In this document: piece after piece, positions 9,291 to 18,714 of the stretch
Numbering within the stretch: the stretch's first letter is position 1
Layout of the letters: the number at the start of each line of letters is the position of its first letter
Assembly (NCBI GenBank): GCA_046155505.1
Contig: JBJXFK010000129.1
Location: 1-55,842 of the forward strand
DNA length: 55,842 nucleotides
Reading direction: 5' to 3'
Origin: Phycisphaerae bacterium
Lineage (GTDB): Bacteria; Planctomycetota; Phycisphaerae; UBA1845; Fen-1342
Notes under the pieces: generated by a model
Seen by the model: only the letters and a program-made list of their open reading frames with translations
What the model was told of the DNA's origin: nothing
The model's database searches: none
Program-made: the position numbers and the translations under genes

Positions 9291-9695
9291 ATGCACCGTC
9301 AACACGTCGCAATCGTCACGCCGATCATCGCCGCCCGCCTGCTGAGCGGCGAGAAGACGATCGAATCGCGCCTCTACCGCTCGCGCCGCCCGCCATTCGG
9401 CATCATCTCGCCCGGCGATACGATTTACTTCCGTTCGGTCGGCGGTCCCATCTTCGCCCGCTCGATCGCACGCAGTGTGCAGCAACACATCGATTTGACG
9501 CCCGCGCGGGTCGCCGCGATTCGACGCACATGGTCGCACCAAATCGCCGCGCACGCGGGCTACTGGAAGGCCAAACGGCATTGCCGATTCGCGGTCCTCA
9601 TCTGGCTCGGCCGGCTCCGTCCCGCATCGCGTCATGAGGTGACCGCGCCACGCCAATTCGGCTCGGCGTGGATCACGATACGTGAAGCGGATTGA
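9291..9695 (+). CDS. ASCH-domain protein
   Basis: VAIVTPIIAARLLSGEKTIESRLYRSRRPPF matches the ASCH beta-barrel N-terminal motif. Confidence 0.55.
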   Translation: MHRQHVAIVTPIIAARLLSGEKTIESRLYRSRRPPFGIISPGDTIYFRSVGGPIFARSIARSVQQHIDLTPARVAAIRRTWSHQIAAHAGYWKAKRHCRFAVLIWLGRLRPASRHEVTAPRQFGSAWITIREAD

Positions 9696-9799
9696 GTGCA
9701 GTGCGATCGACACTGCCGAACACCAAACGCAAGCGTGCAACGAAGCATTCCGACCGTCGCGGCCCGTCCGCACAACAAATGAAACACGGTGTGCCGCGA

Positions 9800-10375
9800 T
9801 CACCCGAACAGCGCAACCGCCTGCGCGCGAACGCCGCGCTCGAGTGCGGTCGCCAGCGCGTCAGCCGAGCATTGCCCCGGCCGCGCCAGCCACGCACCGA
9901 CCAACCCGAACACGCTCGCCGCGATCTGCTCGGCCGCAACGCCCGGCGGAATGATCGCCGCGCCGCTGTGCGCTGCGCGCGCCGCCAGCCGCTGTTCGAT
10001 GAGTTCCACCAGTTGATCAAGCATCGGCCGCGCGCCCGGACCGCGCAGCATCGCCAGCGCCGTCGGACCGACTTCGAGAAAATGCCGCAATACGCATGCG
10101 ATTCTGCCGCTGTGCTCGCCATCTTTGACCGCATCGGCCAGCACCGTCAGCATGCCCGCCGCGGCTGACTTCAGCACGTCGTCCTTGCTGCGAAAGTGCT
10201 CGTAGAACGTGGACCGTCCGACCTCGGCATCGCCGATGATCTGGTCGATCTGAATTTGCTCATAGCGGCGGCGCGTCACCAGCCGGTTGAACGCTTCGAC
10301 AATCGCCCGGCTGGTTCGGCGTTTCCGTGCGTCGCGGCGAGAGCGCTGCATCACATTCCCACGCATGGCGGACAT
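9800..10375 (-). CDS. TetR/AcrR-family transcriptional regulator
   Basis: N-terminal HTH RRTSRAIVEAFNRLVTRRRYEQIQIDQIIGDAEVGRSTFYEHFRSKDDVL; transcribed divergently from the membrane-protein gene at 10478. Confidence 0.75.
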   Translation of the reverse strand: MSAMRGNVMQRSRRDARKRRTSRAIVEAFNRLVTRRRYEQIQIDQIIGDAEVGRSTFYEHFRSKDDVLKSAAAGMLTVLADAVKDGEHSGRIACVLRHFLEVGPTALAMLRGPGARPMLDQLVELIEQRLAARAAHSGAAIIPPGVAAEQIAASVFGLVGAWLARPGQCSADALATALERGVRAQAVALFG

Positions 10376-10477
10376 TTTCGCGATTGTGTCCGCTTTCGCG
10401 CGAAAGCCCGGACGCCAATGCGTGCATAGCGTATCGTCGCGCGGGTCAGCGACGCGCGCCAAACTGGAGAATTCAAG

Positions 10478-11191
10478 ATGAGCGACGCACAGGATCGAAG
10501 CACGGCCGCACATACGTCCTCGCCGACTGACGACCGTGCAGCCGGCGGTGATCCGCGAAGCGCGGGGATCACGATTCTCGTCGGCGCGGCACTGATCGTC
10601 GCCGTGATCGCGACGCACCCGATTCCTCACGCTCACGCGGGCGGCGGAATGGTCGAGGCGATCCGGCAGACGGCACACGCGAGCCGGGTTGTGCATGCGG
10701 TCGCGATCGTGGCGAGCTGCCTGTTGCTGATCGGTTTTTGGGGACTGGCAGCCGCTCTCGACTTGCGACGCACGGTCAACCGAGCGGGGCTGGTCGCGTT
10801 CGCGCTCGGCTCGCTGGCGATGATCGCCGCGGCGCTGATCAACGGTTTCGCAGTGGTGAGCATCGTCGAGTTACGCGGCGCGGACGAGCCGGCTGTTTTC
10901 GAGAAGCTCCATCCGCAGCTTGCGCTGTGCCGAATTCTGAATCAGACATGCACGCAGGTCGGCGTCGTGGCATCGAGCATCGCCCTGCTCTGCTGGTCGA
11001 TCACGCTGCTTCGACGAGGCGGACTGGACCGCGCCATCGGCGCTTTCGGCGTGCTGGCCGGCGTCATCCCCGCCGCGGCGATGCTGCACGGGACGATCAC
11101 GATGAACCTGCACGGGCTGGCGATGGTTGTGTTGCCGCTCGCGCTCTGGTCGGCAGCGTGCGCGGTGCGGCTGATTCAGCGGAAGCTGTGA
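10478..11191 (+). CDS. integral membrane protein (6 predicted TM helices), unknown function
   Basis: Hydrophobic helices throughout; divergent from the TetR gene. Confidence 0.5.
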   Translation: MSDAQDRSTAAHTSSPTDDRAAGGDPRSAGITILVGAALIVAVIATHPIPHAHAGGGMVEAIRQTAHASRVVHAVAIVASCLLLIGFWGLAAALDLRRTVNRAGLVAFALGSLAMIAAALINGFAVVSIVELRGADEPAVFEKLHPQLALCRILNQTCTQVGVVASSIALLCWSITLLRRGGLDRAIGAFGVLAGVIPAAAMLHGTITMNLHGLAMVVLPLALWSAACAVRLIQRKL

Positions 11192-11256
11192 CGGCGGTAC
11201 GGGCGCTCCAGATGCACATGAGTTCAAAGCGTGCGCCCGAAGATGCCGCGGCTTCG

Positions 11257-11766
11257 CTAGCTTTCGCGTTCGCTGCGCGAGTCCGCGGAGTCCCCCAAAC
11301 CGCTATGTTCAGCCGTGGCGGAGCCGCCGCTCACGACGCGATTCGGATTGAAACCGCGCCCGCATTCGGGGCACCGATCGGCCTCACGCAAGTTGCGCAG
11401 GTCATAGCCGCAACCGTAACACTTGGTCGAATTACGCGGCAGGTTCCGGCGAAGCGTCATACTCGCGAGCTTGATAGCCATCGCGACGAACGCGGCGGCA
11501 GGAAGCACGAACAACACCGCGGCGAACCCAGCGGCGAGCAAGCTGACCCTGCCGGAACCAGTGAACAACGCGCACAGTCCGACCGCAAGAAGCGTCAATA
11601 CAACGGCCAACCACGCCAGCACGCGTCGGTAACAGTTCTCATCGCGAAAATCGTCATCGCTGTGTTCAAACAACCACCGCATCGCTTTGGCACCTCGCGC
11701 AATATAATCGACAGCATCCCGCCAGGTCCATCCGCATGCAATCGTGTGACCCCAACTTCCTCCCAT
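11257..11766 (-). CDS. membrane protein with C-terminal CxxCGYDLRNL...CPECG zinc ribbon (paralog family A)
   Basis: 2 TM helices, then CYGCGYDLRNLREADRCPECGRGF. Confidence 0.5.
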   Translation of the reverse strand: MGGSWGHTIACGWTWRDAVDYIARGAKAMRWLFEHSDDDFRDENCYRRVLAWLAVVLTLLAVGLCALFTGSGRVSLLAAGFAAVLFVLPAAAFVAMAIKLASMTLRRNLPRNSTKCYGCGYDLRNLREADRCPECGRGFNPNRVVSGGSATAEHSGLGDSADSRSERES

Positions 11767-11920
11767 CAGTCGCGTCGCATGCTGTGGCTCTCCCCAGCGC
11801 GAGGTGTGCCCGGATCATTGATCGCCGGGAGCGTGGCGCGCGGAGACGCAATCAGGATCGCGCTCGCGGCAGTTGCCGATTTCGCTCGACATCTGCCGAT
11901 CCCGGTGCGATAGTTCCACC

Positions 11921-12658
11921 ATGCAGCCGTCGCCCACCGATCCCGCCGCGCCCGCCGCGCCCGGCGCGCCGCTCGACATCGACTTGTACTGCCTTCGTTG
12001 CGGGTACAACCTGCGCGGCCTGAGCGGCGTTCTCGTTCGGTGCCCGGAATGCGGCGAGGAGAATGCGATCGAGCTTGTGACCGAGACGGCACCGCTGATC
12101 AGCGCGCACATCGCACGAGTAGAGAGTACGTTGAATCTGGGTGCGTTGTGCTGCATGCTGCTGATTCCCCTCGGCGCGTTCGCGATCAGTTCCCTCATCT
12201 TGAAGGAGTCCGCCGCCAACTCGGGGTTTACGTGCATGGCTGATGCTGCAATCCTCGCGTTGTGGCTGTTCGCACTTTCCGGCTATTGCCGGCTTACGAG
12301 GGGTGTAGCGCGGCGCAGCCGGTGTGTGGTCGCGTACACATGCGGTGCGCTCGGCTGGTGCGCGCTGGTTGCTCTCGGTCCGCTTTGGCCATGGCTCGTC
12401 TTTGAAAATCGCTATCAAGATCTCGGATTGCAGATGGGGTTGAGTCTTGCGTCGGTGGCGGCGACAGTCGTTTTGATCGTCGTGTTTCTGCGACCCTACC
12501 AGCGCTGGATTCGGGGGCAGCTCGACCCACTGAAACGGGAAGTCGCGGTCCGCTTCATAGCCGAGTGCTTGCGGAGTCGCGATCATGCGAATCGCGCGCG
12601 CGGGCCGCAAGAAGCCCGCGCCGACGCGGACGAAGATCGACGATCCGATCCGTCGTGA
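11921..12658 (+). CDS. membrane protein with N-terminal CxxCGYNLRGL...CPECG zinc ribbon (paralog family A)
   Basis: CLRCGYNLRGLSGVLVRCPECGEE followed by 4 TM helices; divergent from 11257..11766. Confidence 0.5.
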   Translation: MQPSPTDPAAPAAPGAPLDIDLYCLRCGYNLRGLSGVLVRCPECGEENAIELVTETAPLISAHIARVESTLNLGALCCMLLIPLGAFAISSLILKESAANSGFTCMADAAILALWLFALSGYCRLTRGVARRSRCVVAYTCGALGWCALVALGPLWPWLVFENRYQDLGLQMGLSLASVAATVVLIVVFLRPYQRWIRGQLDPLKREVAVRFIAECLRSRDHANRARGPQEARADADEDRRSDPS

Positions 12659-13201
12659 ATTTCGGACGCGCTCCGCGCCGCATGGCAATCCGCGTGCCAC
12701 ACTAATCTGCGGCAATGCCGGAAGTTAGCGATTATTAGAATCGCTACGCAACTCGCGAAAATGTGTGCTATGCTTGATGTGTCTACTGGAAGAACGCCGA
12801 ATGTCGGGCTGACGGCTCGGCAGCGGGGGAACCAAAGCGGTCGTGGCTGGATGGCGGCAGCGCTCGATGCGCGACGCCGACCGACGCACGGCCTTCGGGG
12901 CGAATTCGCCGATGTGGCGAACGTGGATTCAGTGCCCACGAGCCCGACAGCTAACCTCGCAGGCTCACGCTGGAGAAACCACGCCATGCTGCCGCCCTAC
13001 TCTGCGCCCTAAGCGCGATCCGTTACCAAAGTGATGTGATTCGATTCGCGAAGCCCGCGGCGTGCGCTCGGCAATGACATCGCTGTTGCCGCAAGCCGGT
13101 CGGGTTTCATGTTGAGAGACGCATAGCGCAGCAGCGCCGCGTCGTCGGGCTTTTGCGCGCAACTAACCGCGCGCCGAGCCTCTCTTGAGGAGGTAAGCAA
13201 A

Positions 13202-15292
13202 ATGTTTCTCGCCGATATCGGCACAACCACCAGCATCATCATCGCCGTCGCCGGCCTGGTGTTTCTGGGTCTCGTCACCGGACTGACGGGCGTTCGCTAC
13301 ATTCCCAACAAACGCCTCGGCATCATCGAAAAACGCTGGAGCGGCGCAGGCTCGGTGCAGGGCGGCCTGATCGCGCTGCGCGGCGAGGCCGGCTTTCAAC
13401 CCGACGTGCTGCGCGGCGGCCTGCACTTTCTCATGCCGCTGCAATTCAGCGTACATATGATGCCGCTGGTAACGATCCCGCAGGGGCAGATCGGCTACAT
13501 CTTCGCCCGCGACGGCAAGGCGTTGCCGTCGACGCAGACGCTCGCGAGCAACAAGACCGCGGCCGACTTTGAGGACGTGCGCGATTTTCTGTCGCGCGGC
13601 GGACAGCGCGGCCCGCAACGAAAAATCCTGCGCGAAGGTACCTACGCGATCAACCTGGCGCAGTTCGTAATCATCACCAAGAACCAGCTCTACTTCCTGC
13701 CGCTGGAGCATGACGATCGCAAGATGTTCGAGGTGATGCAGAACGAATTGCGCGCTCGCGGCGGCTTTGAGCCGGTCGTGATTCAGGGCAGCGACGACCA
13801 AATCGCAATCGTCACGGCCCACGACGGCCCTTCGCTGCCGTCGGGCGAGATCATCGCGCCGGTCGTCGGCAACGACTCGCGTGAGGGCGAGTCGTTTCAC
13901 AACAATTTCCAGGACGCCGAACGCTTCGTGGATGGCGGCGGCTTTCGCGGTCGGCAGTTGCAGGTGCTGGCCGAGGGCACGTACTACCTGAATCGCCTGT
14001 TCGCGACGGTCGAGTTGATCGACAAGACCGTCGTCGAAGTCGGCCACGTCGGCGTGGTCGTGTCGTACACCGGCATGCGCGGCGCCGACCTGTCGGGCAC
14101 CGAATACAAGCACGGCGAACTCGTACACACCGGCGAGCGCGGCGTGTGGAGCGAGCCGTTGCTGCCCGGAAAATATGCGTTCAACACGTACGCTGGCAAA
14201 GTGATCCTCGTGCCGACCACGAACTTCATCCTGAAGTGGATCAGCACCGAGACCGGCGGGCATCGATTTGACGAGAGCCTGCGCGAGGTGTCGCTGATCA
14301 CCAAAGACGCCTTCGAGCCGTCGTTGCCGCTGAGCGTGGTCGTGCATATCGACTATCGCAACGCGCCGCTGGTCATTCAGCGCTTCGGCGATGTGAAAAA
14401 GCTGGTCGAGCAGACGCTCGACCCGATGGTGTCGGCGTATTTCAAGAACATCGGCCAGACGCGCACGCTGATTCAACTGCTTCAGGATCGCGCGATGATC
14501 CAGAAGCTGTCGAGCGAGGAGATGCAGGAGAAATTCGCGCACTACAACCTGCAACTTGAGGAGGTCTTGATCGGCACGCCGACATCGTCGGCCGGCGACA
14601 ACAAGATCGAGGTGATCCTGACGCAGCTCCGCACGCGACAGATCGCTGAGGAGCAGATCGAAACGTATGGTCGGCAGGAAAAGGCGGCGGTGAAGGAACG
14701 CGAGCTGCGCGAGGCCGAGGCCCGCGCGCGGCAGCAGCAGGCGATCACGGAAAGCGAGCTATCGATCAAGATTCAGGAAAACCAGGGCAAGGGCGAATAT
14801 CAACGCGCCTTGCAGCAGGCGGCCCAGATGCGTGCGATCGCCGAAGCCGAGGCGGCGAGGACGCGTTCGCTGGCCGAGGGCGAGGCCGCCAAGGTTCGCG
14901 CGATGGGTGAAGCCGATGCGTCGCGCATTCGAGCGACGGGCGAGGCCGAAGCCGACAAAGCGGCGCGCATCGGCGTCGCGCAGGCCATCGCGATCGAGGA
15001 GCAGGTGCGTGCCTACGGCGGCCCGCAGTACCAGCTCACGCGGCAAGTACTGGAACGCTTCGCGGAGGCGATCCAGCAGTCCGGCGTCGACCTGGTGCCA
15101 AAGATCGTCATCAACGGCGGCGGCGACGGAAAGCCGGGCGGCGGCAACGCGATCGAAGCGATGCTCAGCCTGTTGCTGACCGATCGGCTGACCAGCGTCA
15201 TGCAATCGACTGCGTTGAACGGCGAATTGACCAAGCCGCGGCCGGAGTCGAAGCAGATGCGAGACGAGCTGCGCGCGAAAGCCGGCGTCTGA
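13202..15292 (+). CDS. flotillin-like SPFH/band-7 protein (YqiK family)
   Basis: N-terminal TM, SPFH domain, long EA-rich coiled coil (AEAEAARTRSLAEGEAAKVRAMGEADASRIRATGEAEA); SD ggagg upstream. Confidence 0.8.
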   Translation: MFLADIGTTTSIIIAVAGLVFLGLVTGLTGVRYIPNKRLGIIEKRWSGAGSVQGGLIALRGEAGFQPDVLRGGLHFLMPLQFSVHMMPLVTIPQGQIGYIFARDGKALPSTQTLASNKTAADFEDVRDFLSRGGQRGPQRKILREGTYAINLAQFVIITKNQLYFLPLEHDDRKMFEVMQNELRARGGFEPVVIQGSDDQIAIVTAHDGPSLPSGEIIAPVVGNDSREGESFHNNFQDAERFVDGGGFRGRQLQVLAEGTYYLNRLFATVELIDKTVVEVGHVGVVVSYTGMRGADLSGTEYKHGELVHTGERGVWSEPLLPGKYAFNTYAGKVILVPTTNFILKWISTETGGHRFDESLREVSLITKDAFEPSLPLSVVVHIDYRNAPLVIQRFGDVKKLVEQTLDPMVSAYFKNIGQTRTLIQLLQDRAMIQKLSSEEMQEKFAHYNLQLEEVLIGTPTSSAGDNKIEVILTQLRTRQIAEEQIETYGRQEKAAVKERELREAEARARQQQAITESELSIKIQENQGKGEYQRALQQAAQMRAIAEAEAARTRSLAEGEAAKVRAMGEADASRIRATGEAEADKAARIGVAQAIAIEEQVRAYGGPQYQLTRQVLERFAEAIQQSGVDLVPKIVINGGGDGKPGGGNAIEAMLSLLLTDRLTSVMQSTALNGELTKPRPESKQMRDELRAKAGV

Positions 15293-15378
15293 TGCGTGTC
15301 CGTGCAGTTGACTGGTGAATGTTGTGCGGCGTGGGGAGCTGCCCCACGCCGCCGGTTGTAACGAGGGCAAGGCAATCA

Positions 15379-15786
15379 ATGGCACACGACCTTCGCAAAG
15401 ACGCACGCTGTCCACGATGCGACTCAGCGCGCACCGTGAATGCGAACTTCTGCGCACGATGCGGATCCTCGCTCGGCGGCGCGGCGTTTCGGTCGCTGAC
15501 ACGATCGTCGCCGTTGCTCGAACGCTGGCGCAAGCTCGACTACACGCTCACGCGCCGCGAGTTGAAGCGACTGCTTGGCGAGCCGTATCGCATTTTTCCG
15601 CCGAGCGACCCGGCGGCGGATGCGATCGAGCGATGGGTATATGAGTACGAAGCGGCGGACGATCCGCAGCGGCGGGTGATCGGCGAGCTGCGAGTTTCGA
15701 TCATGGAAAGCCGGCTGATTTCGTGGACCGAGCCTGAGTGGAACGCGGTGTCGGTCGATGCGCTGGCATCACCACCGCGAGTTTGA
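15379..15786 (+). CDS. zinc-ribbon (CPRCDS..CARCGSS) protein with conserved C-terminal domain; 3' two-thirds duplicated at 18315..18700
   Basis: ORF 15319..15786, start at internal Met with upstream AG-rich SD; C-terminal 89 aa about 90% identical to ORF 18363..18635. Confidence 0.5.
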   Translation: MAHDLRKDARCPRCDSARTVNANFCARCGSSLGGAAFRSLTRSSPLLERWRKLDYTLTRRELKRLLGEPYRIFPPSDPAADAIERWVYEYEAADDPQRRVIGELRVSIMESRLISWTEPEWNAVSVDALASPPRV

Positions 15787-15851
15787 TTGAGCGGCGCGCC
15801 GAGCGGCCATCGTTCGAACGTGTGCAAGCTCGATCATCGCGGCGATCCGCT
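15466..15851. repeat. direct repeat copy 1 (386 bp, about 93% identity to 18315..18700)
   Basis: Offset 2849 bp; by-eye alignment of the nucleotide sequence and of the two encoded peptides. Confidence 0.8.
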
Positions 15852-16185
15852 GCGGGCTCAGGTCAGACTTCTTTTCGACCCGCTCTCCATCCACCGGGAC
15901 GCGAGTTTCCAGCTTTCCGACGCCGTCCTTCACGTCGCCTTGAAAGGGGATGAGAACCGTTTCGCCCTGCCGAACCGCCTTGCCGGCGTCCAGCCCGATT
16001 GAGACGGCGTCCCAGCCGATTCCGCCGACCTCGATCTTTTCGATCACGCCGTCATTGGCGGAGGTGAATTCCACCACTCCCACGTGCGGCCGGCCGGGTA
16101 GGGCTGCTTTGAGTGAGTCTTGCGTGAGTCGGAACTTGCCCGGCTCGCGCACGTCGGCCAGCAACGACACCGATCCCGTGCCCAT
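15769..16185 (-). CDS. hypothetical protein (no recognisable domain)
   Basis: ORF 15769..16206(-); lies inside the direct-repeat-flanked segment; weak N-terminal hydrophobic stretch. Confidence 0.3.
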   Translation of the reverse strand: MGTGSVSLLADVREPGKFRLTQDSLKAALPGRPHVGVVEFTSANDGVIEKIEVGGIGWDAVSIGLDAGKAVRQGETVLIPFQGDVKDGVGKLETRVPVDGERVEKKSDLSPQRIAAMIELAHVRTMAARRAAQSNSRW

Positions 16186-16417
16186 GACCGCAAGCGCGAC
16201 CGACAACTACAACCGGTTGGTCCGCATGTTCATTTTTGGTTCCTTTGACATCGGCCCGGTCGCGCCGTCCGTGATTGAGTGACGTTTGAATTTGTAGCGA
16301 TATATTGGATCACGCCGTCGCTTCAGCACCGCGTCACCGGAGACGGATCGAGAAACCCGTCCCCGATGGACGCGGCGCGCAGCGCTTGCCGCGCACCGCG
16401 TGGTGGCCTTTGCCCGG

Positions 16418-18025
16418 CTACGGACAACTGGTGCCGAACACGGCGAGCAGGTACGCCAGGTCGGTCAGATTGATTGCGCCATCGCCGCTGATGTCCGCGA
16501 TACAGTCACCTGCGCTGTTGTCGCCGACCTCGACGCTGGTCAGATACTCAGTCCCGTTCGAGCCGAGACAACTGACCGCCGATTGATCGCTGGCCAGCAG
16601 ACGCAGTGTGTAACTGCAAGCTGGCAACCCCGAGGTGTTCCAGGTTGTGAGCAGGCCGTTCAGCACCGGCTCGTTTCCGCTGGCGATGGTCTGCCAGCCG
16701 TGCGTCGGGCCGCCGGTGTATTGCAGCGTCCATCCGCTGAGGTGCAGATCGGTGACGGTGCCCGTTATTGCAACCGAGTCGCCGACTTGTGCGCAGTTCA
16801 GCGGCGAAGTCATAAACGCCACAGGCGCGGTGTTGTCGATGATGAGTGACACACTGTCGTCGGCTGTGTTGCCGCAAATGGTCGTGCCGCTCACGCGGAA
16901 CGTATAGTTGCCGTCGACCAAAGCGCCTGTGCTCCATGCCGGCAGCTCGCTGGGCGGACTGGTTGAGGAGAAGTACGTCGTAAATCCGCCACCCTGCGGT
17001 GCGTACGCCAGTGCCATGCTCTCAAAGCAGTAGTCGCTGGCAACCACCTTATTGAGGCATACGTTGCCTCCGACGATGTCGCCATCCTGAGGCTCGATGA
17101 TCGCCGCCCCGCCAAACGTTCGATCCTGTGCGACGACGAGAACAAAAGTGCTGGACAGGCCGATCAGATTCGTCGCGCGCAGACGCACGTACGAATAGCC
17201 CTCAGGCATGTCTGCCGGAAATGTGCCGAGCACACCGTTCGTCACCGCCGCCGTGTTGGCGGCAATCAAGATCCACGGCCCGTCACTGTCGACGGACCAA
17301 TCCAGCCGATAGCTACCGAACGTGCCATCGGGGTCAGCGGCCGTGCCCGTGATTGCGCCGTTTGAACAACCGCAGGCGTAGTCGTCGGGCATGGTGATCT
17401 GCGCAATCGGCGGCGTTGCCGGCTCGGTGTGGATGTTGAGCTGGAGATATCGAAAGCTGCCCACGTCCGACCCGGCCAGATCCTGGATCAGCAGCCGCCA
17501 CGGGCCCACTTTCGACTGACCGTTGAATGCGCTCAGAGGCGTGTGCGGATTCCATGCACCACCCGTATTCGCAATCCCCGGGCACGCAACTGCCGGTGTG
17601 TTGTATGGATTGGTCGCCTGATCATTGAGGTTGAACGTGAAAAAACCAACCGCGTCCACGCGACCGAAGTTGTCGGCGTTGAATCCATTCCCGCCGCAAC
17701 CGGGTGCCCCGGGCCGATTCACGAGCTCCACGCTGGTTCCCGCCGGGCTGGTGAGCACCATGCGCAAGTCGCCCTGCCAGGTGTGATTGACGTACAACGA
17801 GACATTCAAATCGGTGATGTAGTTTTCGCCGTCCGATGGGACGTCGAGTTGAATGGTCAGTCCGGTCGCGGTGTTGTCCGGAATCCCAATCCCGGGGCAC
17901 TCCGGACCAAACGGTGTGGCGAGACAATTTCGGTGGTTCGTCTCCGATCCCATCGCCGACCCAACCGTCAAGATGCCGATCGCAGCGCCTGCCGCGAGAA
18001 ATGAAACTCTCTGCTTTCCACTCAT
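16418..18025 (-). CDS. secreted protein with stand-alone N-terminal proprotein-convertase P-domain and C-terminal dockerin-like repeats
   Basis: Signal peptide MSGKQRVSFLAAGAAIGILTVGSA; WQGDLRMVLTSPAGTSVELVNRPG...GPWRLLIQDLAGSDVGSFRYLQLNI (P-domain); C-terminal DISGDGAINLTDLAYLLAVFGTSCP. Confidence 0.6.
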   Translation of the reverse strand: MSGKQRVSFLAAGAAIGILTVGSAMGSETNHRNCLATPFGPECPGIGIPDNTATGLTIQLDVPSDGENYITDLNVSLYVNHTWQGDLRMVLTSPAGTSVELVNRPGAPGCGGNGFNADNFGRVDAVGFFTFNLNDQATNPYNTPAVACPGIANTGGAWNPHTPLSAFNGQSKVGPWRLLIQDLAGSDVGSFRYLQLNIHTEPATPPIAQITMPDDYACGCSNGAITGTAADPDGTFGSYRLDWSVDSDGPWILIAANTAAVTNGVLGTFPADMPEGYSYVRLRATNLIGLSSTFVLVVAQDRTFGGAAIIEPQDGDIVGGNVCLNKVVASDYCFESMALAYAPQGGGFTTYFSSTSPPSELPAWSTGALVDGNYTFRVSGTTICGNTADDSVSLIIDNTAPVAFMTSPLNCAQVGDSVAITGTVTDLHLSGWTLQYTGGPTHGWQTIASGNEPVLNGLLTTWNTSGLPACSYTLRLLASDQSAVSCLGSNGTEYLTSVEVGDNSAGDCIADISGDGAINLTDLAYLLAVFGTSCP

Positions 18026-18314
18026 ATGTGGCTCCTCAATTCAATCCGACGCGCTTTGGCTGCGGCTGCTCGCCGGAACGCCCGCGCGTGCCCCGCGCAT
18101 GATGGCGCGTTGCTACCCAAGCGACGGGGCACCACGCGACACACGGATTGCGTCGCCGGGTCGTCGGGGCGCGAGCGGTAAGTGTCTGGGGCCGCACGAC
18201 CTACGTGTTGACTTTATATTTTTTGGATTGCAGATATAAATGAGTGTATTGTTACGTTTTCAGTTCTAGATCGGCGGCGGTGGAGGCGGATCGAAGACAG
18301 CAGCCGATGGCGGC

Positions 18315-18700
18315 TGCTCGCTCGACGGCGCGGCGTTTCGGTCGCTGACACGATCGTCGCCGTTGCTCGAACGCTGGCGCAAGCTCGACTACACGCTCAC
18401 GCGCCGCGAGTTGAAGCGACTGCTGGGCGAGCCGTATCGCATTTTTCCGCCGAGCGACCCCGCGGCCAATGCGATCGAGCGATGGGTGTTTGAGTACGAA
18501 GCGGCCGACGATCCGCAACGCCGCGTATCAGGCGAGCTGCGAATTTCAATCGCGGAAAGCCGGCTGACTTCGTGGACCGAGCCGGAGTGGAGCGCGGTGT
18601 CGGTCGATGCGCTGGCATCGCAACCGCGAGTTTAGTTAAGCGGCACGACGAGCGGCCATTCTTCGAACGTGTGCAAGCTCGATTGTCGCCGCGATCCGCT
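18315..18700. repeat. direct repeat copy 2
   Basis: See 15466..15851. Confidence 0.8.
18363..18635 (+). pseudogene. truncated duplicate of the 15379..15786 gene (C-terminal domain only, lacks zinc ribbon); could still be expressed as a 90-aa protein
   Basis: MLERWRKLDYTLTRRELKRLLGEPYRIFPPSDP... about 90% identical to residues 66-155 of the upstream paralog. Confidence 0.45.
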
Positions 18701-18714
18701 ATACTCTCCGCCCG

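Noticed and set aside
10738-11913. 391-aa plus-strand ORF spanning two annotated genes
   Set aside because: Arg/Gly-rich low-complexity translation; overlaps the membrane-protein gene and the antisense of the zinc-ribbon gene; no domain signal.
18205-18275. AT-rich stretch as an independent feature (for example an ncRNA gene)
   Set aside because: Too short and featureless; better explained as promoter or junction DNA at the edge of the repeat-flanked segment, and reported there.
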